Position numbers and translations under genes: made by a program
Notes under the pieces: generated by a model
The model's input: only the letters and a program-made list of their open reading frames with translations
Told to the model about the DNA's origin: nothing
Database searches by the model: none
In this document: positions 36,038 through 49,503 of the stretch, one piece after another
Layout of the letters: each line of letters opens with the position of its first letter
Numbering within the stretch: position 1 is the stretch's first letter
Source of the DNA: Bacteroidales bacterium
GTDB taxonomy: Bacteria > Bacteroidota > Bacteroidia > Bacteroidales > WCHB1-69
Assembly: GCA_016285085.1 (NCBI GenBank)
Contig: JAEEQA010000006.1
Span: 3,412 to 67,411 of the forward strand
DNA length: 64,000 nt
Direction: 5' to 3'

Positions 36038-38200
36038 TTATTTTGTACGGATGTCCAATTCATTGATGATGTTCTGGGCATTTGCGAATTTGTCGATGAT
36101 AAAGAGGAAGTAGCGGGCGTCGAGGGAGATGTTGCGGCAGCGGTTCACGTCGTAGTTGATGTCGCTCATCGTGCCTTCCCACACGCGGTCGAAGTTCACC
36201 CCGATCAGCTCGCCGTCGGCGTTGATGACGGGACTGCCGGAGTTGCCGCCCGTGGTGTGGTTGCTGGCGATGAAGCAGACCGGCAGCTGGCCCTTCTCGT
36301 TGGCGTAACGGCCGTAATCCTTGTTTTTGTAAAGTTCCTTCAGTTTGGGATCCACCTTGTAGTCGAAGATGTCGGGATTGTCCTTGGCAATGACGCCGTC
36401 CAACGTGGTGTAGTGGACATACTCCACACCGTCGGCGGGAGCGAAGCCGCGCACCTTGCCGTAAGTGACACGCATGGTGAGGTTTGCATCCGGATAGAAG
36501 GTGCGGTCTTTGTCTTTCTCCATCAATGCCTTGACATAGGTGCGGTAGTACAAATCCAACTTTGCACGCAGGTCGCTCATCTGATCATAGTTGGCAAAAT
36601 ACTGGTTGAAGGCGGGCAGAATCAGCTTGTAAAGTTCGTGGTCCTTCAGCTTGGTCCACTCTTTCCGCTTGGCATTCTTTGCAAAATTGACAAACTTGTC
36701 GCCATTGGCAAAATAGGGAGCCTTGTTTTTGGCACGGTCGAACATTGCCTGCCAATCGGCTTTGGTGTAGGTGGTATAGTGCTGTAACTCCGTGGGAATC
36801 AGTTTGGAGTCCTGCGTAGTGAAATAGTAGTGCATCAGTTCCACGAAACATTCGGCATCAATGTCGGAATTGTAGCTGGCGAAATAACTTTCGGCCTGGG
36901 CCACCAGTTTGTTGCGTGCTTCGTCAAACTGCGCGTCGGTGACGGTGCTGCTGGCGGCGGTGTTTATCACTTTCAGCACGTTGGAATAGAGGAATTTAAC
37001 CATCTCCACTCCGATAAAGGTCTCGCTGAGGTAGGTATTCACCTTCACCTTGTCGCGGTAGTTGCCATAGACTTTCCGCATGTCGGAAAGCAGCTGTCCG
37101 TATTCGGCCTTGCGGTTGGCGTCGGCCTCCACCCATTTCTGGAATTCGGCCTCTTCCGCCTGCTTCTTTTCGATAACGTGGCACTCATTGATGCCCTTGC
37201 TCTCGCCCTGCCACTTCTTCCAGCCGTTGCTGATGCTGTTGGCCTTGGCGGAGTACATCAAGCGGATGGCGGTCGATTTCTCCATCTGCCGTTTCATGGC
37301 GGCAAGACGCAGGTCGCGGGAGTGGATGGCGACGGGGTTTTGGACATTCACGACTACATCCACCGCATCGGAGATGAGGAACTGCTGCGTGGTGCCGGGG
37401 TAGCCGAAGACGAGGGTGAAGTCGTTCTCGTTCACCCCTTTGATGGAGATCGGGAAGTACTTTTTCGACTTGAGCGGGATGTTTTCGGGACTGTAGTCGG
37501 CAGGGTTGCCGTCCTTGTCGGTGTAGATGCGCCACAGGGAGAAGTCGCCGGTGTGGCGGGGCCACATCCAGTTGTCGGTGTCGCCGCCGAACTTGCCGAT
37601 GCTTTCCGGCGGAACACCCACCAGGCGCACGTCACGGAACACCTCGTTCACAAACAGGAAGTACTGGTTGCCGTAAAAGAAGGGCTTTACGATGGCGGTG
37701 TAATGAGTGCCGTCGGTGGCAGCTTTGGTGATCTCCTTGATGTTTTTCTCCACCTGCTTGGTGCGTTCCGACTCGGTCATCGAAGCAGTCACGTCTTTCA
37801 GAGCGGCGGAAGTCACATCCTCCATCCGCACGAGGAAGGTGACGGTAAGTCCTGAGGTGACCAACTCCTCTTCGCGGCTCTTCGACCAGAAACCGTTGTG
37901 CAAGTAGTTGTGCTCCACGCTGCTGTGGCGCTGTACGAAGCTGTAACCGCAGTGGTGGTTGGTAATAAGCAGGCCGTCGGGCGAAATCAGCTCGCCGGTG
38001 CAGCCGCCGCCGAACAGCACGATGCCGTCCTTCATGCTGTGGTGGTTGACGCTATATACGTCATCTGCGGTCAGACGAAAGCCCATCTGCTGCATTTCGG
38101 CTTCATTGTAGCCCAAGAAAAGCGGAATCCACATCCCTTCGTCGGCAAAAGCGACGAAGCGGAAGCAAACCAAAAGGGTAAGGAAAAAGATTTTTTTCAT
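36038..38200 (-). CDS. S46-family dipeptidyl-peptidase (DPP7/DPP11 type)
   Basis: A signal peptide is followed by the hallmark ADEGMWIP. The catalytic motifs are TNHHCGY and GGNSGSPV. It is 720 aa. Confidence 0.9.
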   Translation of the reverse strand: MKKIFFLTLLVCFRFVAFADEGMWIPLFLGYNEAEMQQMGFRLTADDVYSVNHHSMKDGIVLFGGGCTGELISPDGLLITNHHCGYSFVQRHSSVEHNYLHNGFWSKSREEELVTSGLTVTFLVRMEDVTSAALKDVTASMTESERTKQVEKNIKEITKAATDGTHYTAIVKPFFYGNQYFLFVNEVFRDVRLVGVPPESIGKFGGDTDNWMWPRHTGDFSLWRIYTDKDGNPADYSPENIPLKSKKYFPISIKGVNENDFTLVFGYPGTTQQFLISDAVDVVVNVQNPVAIHSRDLRLAAMKRQMEKSTAIRLMYSAKANSISNGWKKWQGESKGINECHVIEKKQAEEAEFQKWVEADANRKAEYGQLLSDMRKVYGNYRDKVKVNTYLSETFIGVEMVKFLYSNVLKVINTAASSTVTDAQFDEARNKLVAQAESYFASYNSDIDAECFVELMHYYFTTQDSKLIPTELQHYTTYTKADWQAMFDRAKNKAPYFANGDKFVNFAKNAKRKEWTKLKDHELYKLILPAFNQYFANYDQMSDLRAKLDLYYRTYVKALMEKDKDRTFYPDANLTMRVTYGKVRGFAPADGVEYVHYTTLDGVIAKDNPDIFDYKVDPKLKELYKNKDYGRYANEKGQLPVCFIASNHTTGGNSGSPVINADGELIGVNFDRVWEGTMSDINYDVNRCRNISLDARYFLFIIDKFANAQNIINELDIRTK

Positions 38201-38202
38201 AG

Positions 38203-39507
38203 TTAACTATTTTTAAATGATTTATTTCGGAATTTATCTTTACAAATCTGGACAAACATCTGCCAATCGGAACGTGTAATGAGGAAGTCGTGAAGGGTGG
38301 CGTGCGTGCGCTTCACAAACACCGACGCACTCCATACCAAAGTGGCAAAATAGGCACCGCTGGTAATCCATCCGGCGGTTTGCAAGGCGCACACCATGCC
38401 GCATTCCATTGCCTTTGGGATGAGCGGAATACCAGCGGAAGCCGTCACCGCAAGACCGATGGCCGACCCCACCGCATTCACCCAATACTTTCCATATCCA
38501 CTGAAATAGTGAGCGAGAATCGTATTGCACGACAGGAACACAATACCTGGCAGCAAACCGAATATCACGGACTTGGAAACGGCAAAATCCGGGCCGAAGA
38601 TCATGGCCAGCAGCTGTGCCGGAATCAATGCCAGAACAGCGACCGCCACGACAGCAAACACGATGACTATCTTCAGAAAACCGAGTGTCAGATTCTTGGT
38701 ATAGTCCAGATCCGGCTGGTTGGCGATGCGGGCATACTGCACCAGGCAGATGCTTTTGGGGAAAATCCATACAGCCTCCGATATGCGGGTGCCCAGTTCA
38801 AACACACCCAACGGTTTTCTACCCACAAAATGATCAATCAGGTAATAATTAAGACGATAGGTCAACAGCTGCGTAAGGTTTGCGATCTGTGTCCAGAAGC
38901 CCAGCTTCAGCATCTCCGCCAACAACGGGAAGACACCCTGGCCCGAGGGCTTTTCAAACTGTTTCGCCACATAAACGGAACTCACGACGGCGACCACAAG
39001 ATAGGAGAAAATATAGGAGAACAGATACAACTCTATGCAATGGGTATTCATCACCAGCAGCAGAACCACAAGCACGGCCACCAACAGCAAAGCCTGCGTA
39101 ACCTGCAACAAGTTGAACAAGCGTATGTTTTCTTTGCCCTGTATAACAGAAACGTTAATATTGTACACTGTGAAGACAAACGTCATGGCCAGCAGCCACC
39201 ATGTGTATTCGGCCGGAAAGAGGTCCAGCGCCCGGAGCACGCACAGACCCGCGACATTGGCCACGCACGCCCAAGCAAACGAGAGAAACCAAAGCTGGAG
39301 GATATTTTTGCGCGGCACCAGATAGACCAAGGTGCCGCCCCCCACAAAATTGGCACACACCTGCAAGATGGTCAGTCCCAGCACCACCAAGGCGATGGTT
39401 CCTGTACCCGCAGCGCCGAACACATTGGTATTCACAATCACTACCACAATCATCAGAATTGTGGAAAGCAACCGGGTAAAGAATGTGCCTAAAACCTTGT
39501 CAACCAT
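38203..39507 (-). CDS. MOP-superfamily flippase-like membrane protein (polysaccharide biosynthesis protein family)
   Basis: It is 434 aa with about 12 predicted TM helices and Wzx/MurJ-like organisation. No specific motif was recognised. Confidence 0.55.
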   Translation of the reverse strand: MVDKVLGTFFTRLLSTILMIVVVIVNTNVFGAAGTGTIALVVLGLTILQVCANFVGGGTLVYLVPRKNILQLWFLSFAWACVANVAGLCVLRALDLFPAEYTWWLLAMTFVFTVYNINVSVIQGKENIRLFNLLQVTQALLLVAVLVVLLLVMNTHCIELYLFSYIFSYLVVAVVSSVYVAKQFEKPSGQGVFPLLAEMLKLGFWTQIANLTQLLTYRLNYYLIDHFVGRKPLGVFELGTRISEAVWIFPKSICLVQYARIANQPDLDYTKNLTLGFLKIVIVFAVVAVAVLALIPAQLLAMIFGPDFAVSKSVIFGLLPGIVFLSCNTILAHYFSGYGKYWVNAVGSAIGLAVTASAGIPLIPKAMECGMVCALQTAGWITSGAYFATLVWSASVFVKRTHATLHDFLITRSDWQMFVQICKDKFRNKSFKNS

Positions 39508-39528
39508 CTTGCTTCATCAATGGGGACA

Positions 39529-40149
39529 CTAATACAGAAGTTCCACGTCCCCTTTGCCCTCACGCACAATCTCGATTTCGCCGGAGGTGCAGTCCACCAC
39601 GGTGGAGGGCACATTGTCGCCGTAGCCGCCGTCGATGACCATATCGACGAGATTCTCGTACTTTTCGTAAATCAGTTCGGGGTCGGTGGTGTACTCCACC
39701 ACTTCATCGTCATCTTTCACGGAAGTGGAGAGGATGGGGTGGCCCAGTTCGCGGACAATCTCGCGGATGATGTTGTTGTCGGGCACGCGGATGCCAACGG
39801 TTTTCTTGTTGCTCTGGACGATTTTGGGAACGTTGTTGTTAGCCTCCAAAATGAAGGTGAAAGGGCCGGGAAGGGCGCGCTTCATCACCTTGAAAATGTT
39901 GTTGGAGATGGGTTTGGTGTAATCGGACAGGTTGCTGAGGTCATGGCAGATGAAGGTCATCGCCGACTTTTTCTTGCTGTCGCCGAGGATTTCAGTGATG
40001 CGTTCCACGGCTTTCGGTTTGAAAATGTCGCAGCCGATTCCGTAAATTGTGTCAGTAGGATAGATGATAATGCCGCCATTCTGGAGGCAGTCAACGGCTT
40101 TACGTATCTCGCGGGGGTTGGGATTTTCTGGGTATATTTTGAGGAACAT
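39529..40149 (-). CDS. tsaC: L-threonylcarbamoyladenylate synthase (TsaC/YrdC/Sua5 family)
   Basis: IYPTDTIYGIGCDI ... KKSAMTFIC ... LPGPFTFIL ... VGIRVPDN ... STSV. The ATG at 40149 is preferred over upstream ATGs. Confidence 0.85.
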   Translation of the reverse strand: MFLKIYPENPNPREIRKAVDCLQNGGIIIYPTDTIYGIGCDIFKPKAVERITEILGDSKKKSAMTFICHDLSNLSDYTKPISNNIFKVMKRALPGPFTFILEANNNVPKIVQSNKKTVGIRVPDNNIIREIVRELGHPILSTSVKDDDEVVEYTTDPELIYEKYENLVDMVIDGGYGDNVPSTVVDCTSGEIEIVREGKGDVELLY

Positions 40150-40337
40150 AGTTACCATAAATAAAAGAGGGTAAGCTACTTGCATCGCATCGCTACAACC
40201 AATGTACCCTTGCTGCATTCCTGCCCTGGGGGAGCTGAAAGGGAGCAGATCGTACAAGACTTACCCAGCGGCAAAAGTACAACTCTTTTCTTTTTCTGCA
40301 ACATCGTTTTTGAACAATTCCGTGTCTTTTTTTGTCG

Positions 40338-40345
40338 TACCTTTG
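40338..40345 (+). promoter_or_regulatory. Bacteroidota -7 promoter box (TACCTTTG) for secA
   Basis: TCGTACCTTTGCAAA lies 35 nt upstream of the ATG at 40381. Confidence 0.45.
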
Positions 40346-40380
40346 CAAATTCATTTTTCACCAATACTATAAAATAATAT

Positions 40381-44157
<3,777 letters not shown>

Positions 44158-44172
44158 GCCCTTTCTTTCAAG

Positions 44173-46635
44173 ATGTTCACTATTAGTGAAATAGCAAACT
44201 TTCTACCCTGTATCAGCCGGCAACTCCCCTACCCCGACGATGCGGTGAGTGAGTTGCTGTTCGACAGCCGGCGGCTGCTTTTGCCGGCGCGTACCCTCTT
44301 CTTTGCCATCAAAACCGAAAAGAATGACGGGCACGCCTACATCCCCGACCTCATCCGGAAAGGGGTGCGTAACTTCGTGGTCACCGAGAATTTCCGTCAG
44401 TGGGAAAGTTACGGCGCGTGCAACTTCGTGCGCGTGGACGACAGCGTGGCGGCTTTGCAGAAGGTGGCGGAACGTCACCGGCGGCAGTTCGACATCCCTG
44501 TGGTCGGCATTACCGGAAGCAATGGTAAAACCATTGTGAAAGAGTGGCTTACGCAGATGCTTTCCGAGGACTACAAGTTGGTGGTCAGTCCCAACAGCTA
44601 CAATTCGCAAATCGGGGTGCCGATGTCCGTGTGGCAGATGGGGCCGCAACACGACCTCGCCATCTTTGAGGCCGGCATCTCCCGCCCCGACGAAATGCGC
44701 CGCCTCGCCGACATCATCCAGCCCACCATCGGCATCCTCACCAACATCGGCAGCGCCCACGCCCAGTTTTTCAAGGATGAGCAGGAAAAATTAGAGGAAA
44801 AAGTCCTGCTTTTCAAAGATTGTCCCGTGGTGCTCTATTGCAGCGACAATCCACTGATTGACAATATTTTCAGAAGAAAAGATTTTCAAAATAAGACCAG
44901 ACTTTCGTGGGGTTTCCGTGAAGATTCCGCCTTCCGCATCACGGAGAAAAAAGTGGAGCGGAACCACACGATGGTCACGATGAACGGCAAAGAGTTCGAC
45001 ATTCCCTTCGCCGACGATGCCTCCGTGGAGAACGCCCTTCACACGGTGGTGTTACTGCTTCACCTCGGCTTCACCGCCGCTGACATCAACCGCAAACTTG
45101 CCCTCCTCACGCCCGTTTCCATGCGTATGGAGGTGAAGGAGGCGCTCAACCAGTCGGTGGTCATCAACGACACCTACAGCCTGGACATCAATTCGTTGCG
45201 AGTGGCATTGGATTTCATGAACGCACAAATCCGCTACAAGCGGAAGACGGTCATCCTGTCCGACTTCGCGCAGGTGGGTACGTTGGCGCGGGAAGCCTAC
45301 GCCGAAATCAACGAGCTGCTCACCAACAACCGCATCGGCAAGCTGATTGCCGTCGGCAGCGAATTAGGGCGGCACCGTGACCTTTTCACGATGCCCGAAA
45401 CGCACTTTTTCGACAGCACTGCCGACCTGCTGGCGCACCTCAACCGCATCGACTTCCACAACGAAGTAATCCTGGTAAAGGGCGCACGCCACTTCGGTTT
45501 CGAGAAGGTGACGGACGCACTGCAACTCCGCTCGCACCGCACCATCCTGAATGTCAGTCTGCCAGCCTTGGTCAACAACCTCAACTACTACCGCAGCCTC
45601 ATCGCCCCGCAGACGAAAGTGGTGGCGATGGTGAAGGCTATGTGCTACGGCCTCGGCGACGTGGAACTCATCAGCGAGTTGCAGTACCACAACATTGACT
45701 ATCTGGCCGTTGCCTACACCGATGAGGGAGTGAATCTGCGAAAGAAGAACATCAAACTGCCCATCATCGTGTTGGGTGCGGAGGGCGAAAGTTTCGAGAT
45801 GATGATCAGCCACAACCTCGAGCCCGAGATTTTCAACTTCTACTCTTTGGAAGAATTTGAAAAGGCATTGTCACATCATCCCGAAATACAAGAATTCAAA
45901 ATCCATCTGAAAATTGACACAGGGATGCACCGGTTGGGATTCCGCAAGGAGGACCTGCCCGAACTGACCCAGCGCATCCAACGCAATCCGCAGTTGAAAG
46001 TGGCATCGGTCTTTTCGCACCTCGCCGCTGCCGACGACCCGGCAGAGGACAATTTCACCCTTTTGCAAATTGCTTATTTCGAGGAAGTTTCAAGCATCCT
46101 CCAGAATAGTTTTGACTATCCGATTTTGCGCCACATCGACAACACGGCGGGGATTTCGAGGTTTCCGCAGGCGCATTACGACATGGTGCGATTGGGCATC
46201 GGGCTGTACGGCTTCACGTCGGTGGCCGCCGACCAGCCGCACCTCCAGCACGTAGCGACGTTGCGGACGGTCATCACGCACGTGCGCACCATCGGGGCGG
46301 GCGAAACGGTCGGGTACAACCGCACCTACACCGCCGACCAGCCGACGAAGGTGGGCATCATCCCGCTCGGTTATGCGGACGGCTTTCCGCCGGAACTCGG
46401 GCGCGGGGCCGGCAGTGTCATCGTAAAAGGGACGCGGGTGCCGATCATCGGGAAGGTGTGCATGGACATGACGATGATCGACCTGACGGGCACAGATGCC
46501 ACCGAAGGCGACGAAGTGGTGGTCTATGGCGAGGCGAACCGCATCGACGACATCGCCCGGTCCATCGGTAAGATTCCGTACCACATGCTCACCGCGATTT
46601 CGAAGCGGGTACCGCGGACATATGTGATGGAGTAG
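44173..46635 (+). CDS. Bifunctional MurF-like UDP-MurNAc-tripeptide:D-Ala-D-Ala ligase / alanine racemase fusion
   Basis: The N-terminal Mur ligase half has VVGITGSNGKT. The C-terminal half has alanine racemase motifs (VVAMVKAMCYGLG with the PLP lysine, and GYADGFP ... GKVCMDM). Confidence 0.85.
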   Translation: MFTISEIANFLPCISRQLPYPDDAVSELLFDSRRLLLPARTLFFAIKTEKNDGHAYIPDLIRKGVRNFVVTENFRQWESYGACNFVRVDDSVAALQKVAERHRRQFDIPVVGITGSNGKTIVKEWLTQMLSEDYKLVVSPNSYNSQIGVPMSVWQMGPQHDLAIFEAGISRPDEMRRLADIIQPTIGILTNIGSAHAQFFKDEQEKLEEKVLLFKDCPVVLYCSDNPLIDNIFRRKDFQNKTRLSWGFREDSAFRITEKKVERNHTMVTMNGKEFDIPFADDASVENALHTVVLLLHLGFTAADINRKLALLTPVSMRMEVKEALNQSVVINDTYSLDINSLRVALDFMNAQIRYKRKTVILSDFAQVGTLAREAYAEINELLTNNRIGKLIAVGSELGRHRDLFTMPETHFFDSTADLLAHLNRIDFHNEVILVKGARHFGFEKVTDALQLRSHRTILNVSLPALVNNLNYYRSLIAPQTKVVAMVKAMCYGLGDVELISELQYHNIDYLAVAYTDEGVNLRKKNIKLPIIVLGAEGESFEMMISHNLEPEIFNFYSLEEFEKALSHHPEIQEFKIHLKIDTGMHRLGFRKEDLPELTQRIQRNPQLKVASVFSHLAAADDPAEDNFTLLQIAYFEEVSSILQNSFDYPILRHIDNTAGISRFPQAHYDMVRLGIGLYGFTSVAADQPHLQHVATLRTVITHVRTIGAGETVGYNRTYTADQPTKVGIIPLGYADGFPPELGRGAGSVIVKGTRVPIIGKVCMDMTMIDLTGTDATEGDEVVVYGEANRIDDIARSIGKIPYHMLTAISKRVPRTYVME

Positions 46636-46788
46636 AGACGTTTCATGAAAACACAGCGCACCCCAAACATGACACAAAATTCCACCGTTTTCACAGTTAT
46701 CATCCGCGTCAACTAAACGCTAAAGATTTTCAACGTTTCTCACTGACAAATTTAAACTCCCAATCGACAACGGCAACGTTTTTTTGAC

Positions 46789-46796
46789 TAATTTTG
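46789..46796 (+). promoter_or_regulatory. Bacteroidota -7 promoter box (TAATTTTG)
   Basis: GACTAATTTTGCCGC lies 41 nt upstream of the ATG at 46838. Confidence 0.4.
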
Positions 46797-46837
46797 CCGC
46801 TTCAAAAATGAAGATTGAGAACTAAAATTTTCAGTAC

Positions 46838-48304
46838 ATGAGAAAAACTTTACTTCTTGTAATTTCCCTTATTTTATTTTGTAATACAGCCATTTACGCT
46901 TCCGAAAACGATAGTCTGAACGTTTTTTCAGTTCAAAAGGACAGCGTGAAGGTCAAGAAGAAAAAAGAGAAAGATCCCGACCGCAAGCGTACGGGTTGGA
47001 CGTTCGGCATCCTGCCCAGCGTGGCCTACGACGCCGACCTCGGTTTCCAGTACGGTGCCCTCTCCAACATCTACTATTTCGGCGACGGCAGCACCTACCC
47101 CGAATACCTGCACTCCATCTATGTGGAAGCCGCCTACACCACCCGTAATTACGGCATCTTCAGGCTTTCGTACGATTCCAAGTACCTCATCCCGAAACAC
47201 CGCCTCACCGTGGACATGGTCTATATGCCCGACGCAATGTGCGACTTCTATGGCTATAACGGTTACACTTCGGTGTTCAACAATGTGTGGCGCGATTCCA
47301 AGCATTACACGGCCGAAGAAGGTTACCGAAGCCGTGCCTACTACAAGATGAAACGCGACCTGTTCCGTTTCGCCGCCGACATCCAGGGCCCCATCGGTCG
47401 CAACTGGTACTGGAACGGCGGCATCGGCTTCCTCGGCTATCTCATCAACTCCGTGGATGTAGCGATGCTGAACAGGGGGAAAAAGGAGGCCAAGCAGCTT
47501 CCCGACATTCCGGGATTGTACGACAAATACGTGCAGTGGGGGCTCATCAAGGCCAATGAGAAAAACGGGGGAATGCACCCCTACCTCCGCGGCGGCATCA
47601 CCTACGACAGCCGCGACCGGCAGACCAACCCCACCCGCGGCATCTACGCCGACGCCTTCCTGACCTACTCCGCCGCCTTCAATACCCAGAAATTCGGCGA
47701 CCAGCGCGAGTACAACAACCTCCGCTTCAACTTCACCTTCCGTCACTATGTGCCGGTTTATCAGGATTACATCTCCTTCGCCTACCGCCTCGCCACCCAG
47801 CTGACCGTGGCGGGAAACAGCCCCTTCTATATGAACAGCTATTGGAACACACTTTACATACAGCGCGTTTTGTATGAAGGACTTGGCGGTAGCAACACGC
47901 TTCGCGGACCGCTCCGTAACCGCATCCTTTCCAACGGTTTCGCCTTTGCCAATGTGGAATTCCGTTTTAAAATCTGCAAATTCCACGTCAAGAAGGAGAA
48001 CTTCTACATCGGCTTGAATCCGTTCCTGGATGCCGGCATGGTGCTGCAACCCTACGATATCAATGAATATTCCTTGCGTGAGGACATCGCCGCCACCGAC
48101 CCCGACTTCAACATGGACGAATTGTCTGACTACTTCAATTTTGACAAAAAAGCGATTTACCGTCCCCATTTCTCCGCCGGCATCGGCTTGAAAGTGGCCA
48201 TGAACGACAACTTCGTGCTTTCGGTGGATTGGGCGGTGCCGTTCAACAAGCAGGACAACGCCGGTATGGCCAACCTGTACGTGAAAATCGGTTATATGTT
48301 TTAA
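46838..48304 (+). CDS. Omp85/BamA-family outer-membrane beta-barrel protein (no obvious POTRA domains)
   Basis: It has a signal peptide, alternating beta-strand patterns, the GGSNTLRG motif typical of surface antigen D15 barrels and a terminal aromatic (KIGYMF). Confidence 0.65.
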   Translation: MRKTLLLVISLILFCNTAIYASENDSLNVFSVQKDSVKVKKKKEKDPDRKRTGWTFGILPSVAYDADLGFQYGALSNIYYFGDGSTYPEYLHSIYVEAAYTTRNYGIFRLSYDSKYLIPKHRLTVDMVYMPDAMCDFYGYNGYTSVFNNVWRDSKHYTAEEGYRSRAYYKMKRDLFRFAADIQGPIGRNWYWNGGIGFLGYLINSVDVAMLNRGKKEAKQLPDIPGLYDKYVQWGLIKANEKNGGMHPYLRGGITYDSRDRQTNPTRGIYADAFLTYSAAFNTQKFGDQREYNNLRFNFTFRHYVPVYQDYISFAYRLATQLTVAGNSPFYMNSYWNTLYIQRVLYEGLGGSNTLRGPLRNRILSNGFAFANVEFRFKICKFHVKKENFYIGLNPFLDAGMVLQPYDINEYSLREDIAATDPDFNMDELSDYFNFDKKAIYRPHFSAGIGLKVAMNDNFVLSVDWAVPFNKQDNAGMANLYVKIGYMF

Positions 48305-48321
48305 AATAATTGAAAATCAAT

Positions 48322-49503
48322 ATGTTTGATATGCAAGTGGCCCTCGTTACGGCCGGATACATTATCTTCCCGTTCATCATCATCATGCTGTTCAGCCGCT
48401 ACAAATGGGCAAAGGCGGCGGGCACGGTCATTCTGGCCTACGCGGTGGGCATCATCCCCGCGCTGTTCGGCCTCACCCACTTCGAAGAGGGTACTGTAGG
48501 ACTCAGCATCCAGAAGAACATCATGAACATTGCGGTGCCGATTGCCATCCCGCTGATGCTGTTCAACTGCAACTTCAAGCTGTGGACCAAGTCGTTGCCG
48601 AAGACAGCCGCGGCGCTGGGTGGCGGACTGGCGGCGGTGCTTATCGCCATTGTCAGCGGCTTTTTCCTGTTCCGGAATTCCGGCATCAACGACATCGCCA
48701 ACGTGTCGGCAATGATGACCGGCATTTACACCGGCGGCACCATGAATTTCAACGCGCTCGGGGCGGCCCTGCATGTGGACTCCACCACGATTGCCACGGT
48801 GCTCGCTTTCGAGATGATTGTCACCTTCCCGCTCATCATGTTCATTGTGGGCGGCGGCTACCGACTGTTCCGCAAGCTCCTGCCTTTCAAGGACGAAGCC
48901 TCCGTTGTGGAAACCGATGATTCTGGCAGTTTGGAGCATGGGGTGGAGCAGTACGGTGACCTGCTGCGGGGACGGGTGTTCCTCCGTTCGCTCGTGGGCT
49001 TGGCCATCTCCATCGGCTTCCTCGCCATTGGGGCGGGGCTGTCGCTGCTCATCACCGGCAAACTCAACGAGTTGGTAATCATCCTCACCATCACCACCCT
49101 TTCCATCATCGCCTCCTTCTCGCCGAAAATCCGAAACATTCCCAAAACCTTCGAGTTGGGGATGTTCTTCATCCTTGTGTTCAGCGTGGTGGTGGCCTCA
49201 CAGTTCGACCTCAACAGCCTGGATTCGGGCTCGCTCAACATCGGTCTGTTCCTGCTGTATATTATTGTGGTAGCCACGCTGCTGCACCTGTTGTTCTGCC
49301 GCCTCTTCAAAGTCAGCGGCGACCTTTACAGTGTGGCGTTGGTGGCGCTGCTTTGCTCGCCGCCGTTCGTGCCGCCCGTAGTCGGGGCCATGGGCAACAA
49401 GAAGGTGCTCATCAGCGGCATCGTAATCGGGCTGATTGGCTATGCCATAGGTACTTACCTCGGTGTGGCTTTGGCGGTTGGACTGGGGGCTATTGCGGGG
49501 TGA
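48322..49503 (+). CDS. Polytopic membrane protein (DUF819-like)
   Basis: It has about 11 hydrophobic helices. The track start at 48310 is a TTG, so I give the first ATG at 48322. The family call is from overall resemblance only. Confidence 0.5.
   Translation: MFDMQVALVTAGYIIFPFIIIMLFSRYKWAKAAGTVILAYAVGIIPALFGLTHFEEGTVGLSIQKNIMNIAVPIAIPLMLFNCNFKLWTKSLPKTAAALGGGLAAVLIAIVSGFFLFRNSGINDIANVSAMMTGIYTGGTMNFNALGAALHVDSTTIATVLAFEMIVTFPLIMFIVGGGYRLFRKLLPFKDEASVVETDDSGSLEHGVEQYGDLLRGRVFLRSLVGLAISIGFLAIGAGLSLLITGKLNELVIILTITTLSIIASFSPKIRNIPKTFELGMFFILVFSVVVASQFDLNSLDSGSLNIGLFLLYIIVVATLLHLLFCRLFKVSGDLYSVALVALLCSPPFVPPVVGAMGNKKVLISGIVIGLIGYAIGTYLGVALAVGLGAIAG

Noticed and set aside
35264-39492. Plus-strand ORFs of 507, 341 and 400 aa (35264-36787, 36830-37855, 38290-39492) opposite the acyltransferase, S46 peptidase and flippase-like genes.
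   Set aside because: This is the same in-phase antisense effect. One of them even runs across a gene boundary. The minus-strand products carry clear family motifs (HX4D, DEGMW/GGNSGSPV).
44173-46635. The MurF-Alr fusion as a novel gene fusion.
   Set aside because: To my knowledge this bifunctional arrangement is a common, already annotated feature of Bacteroidota genomes.
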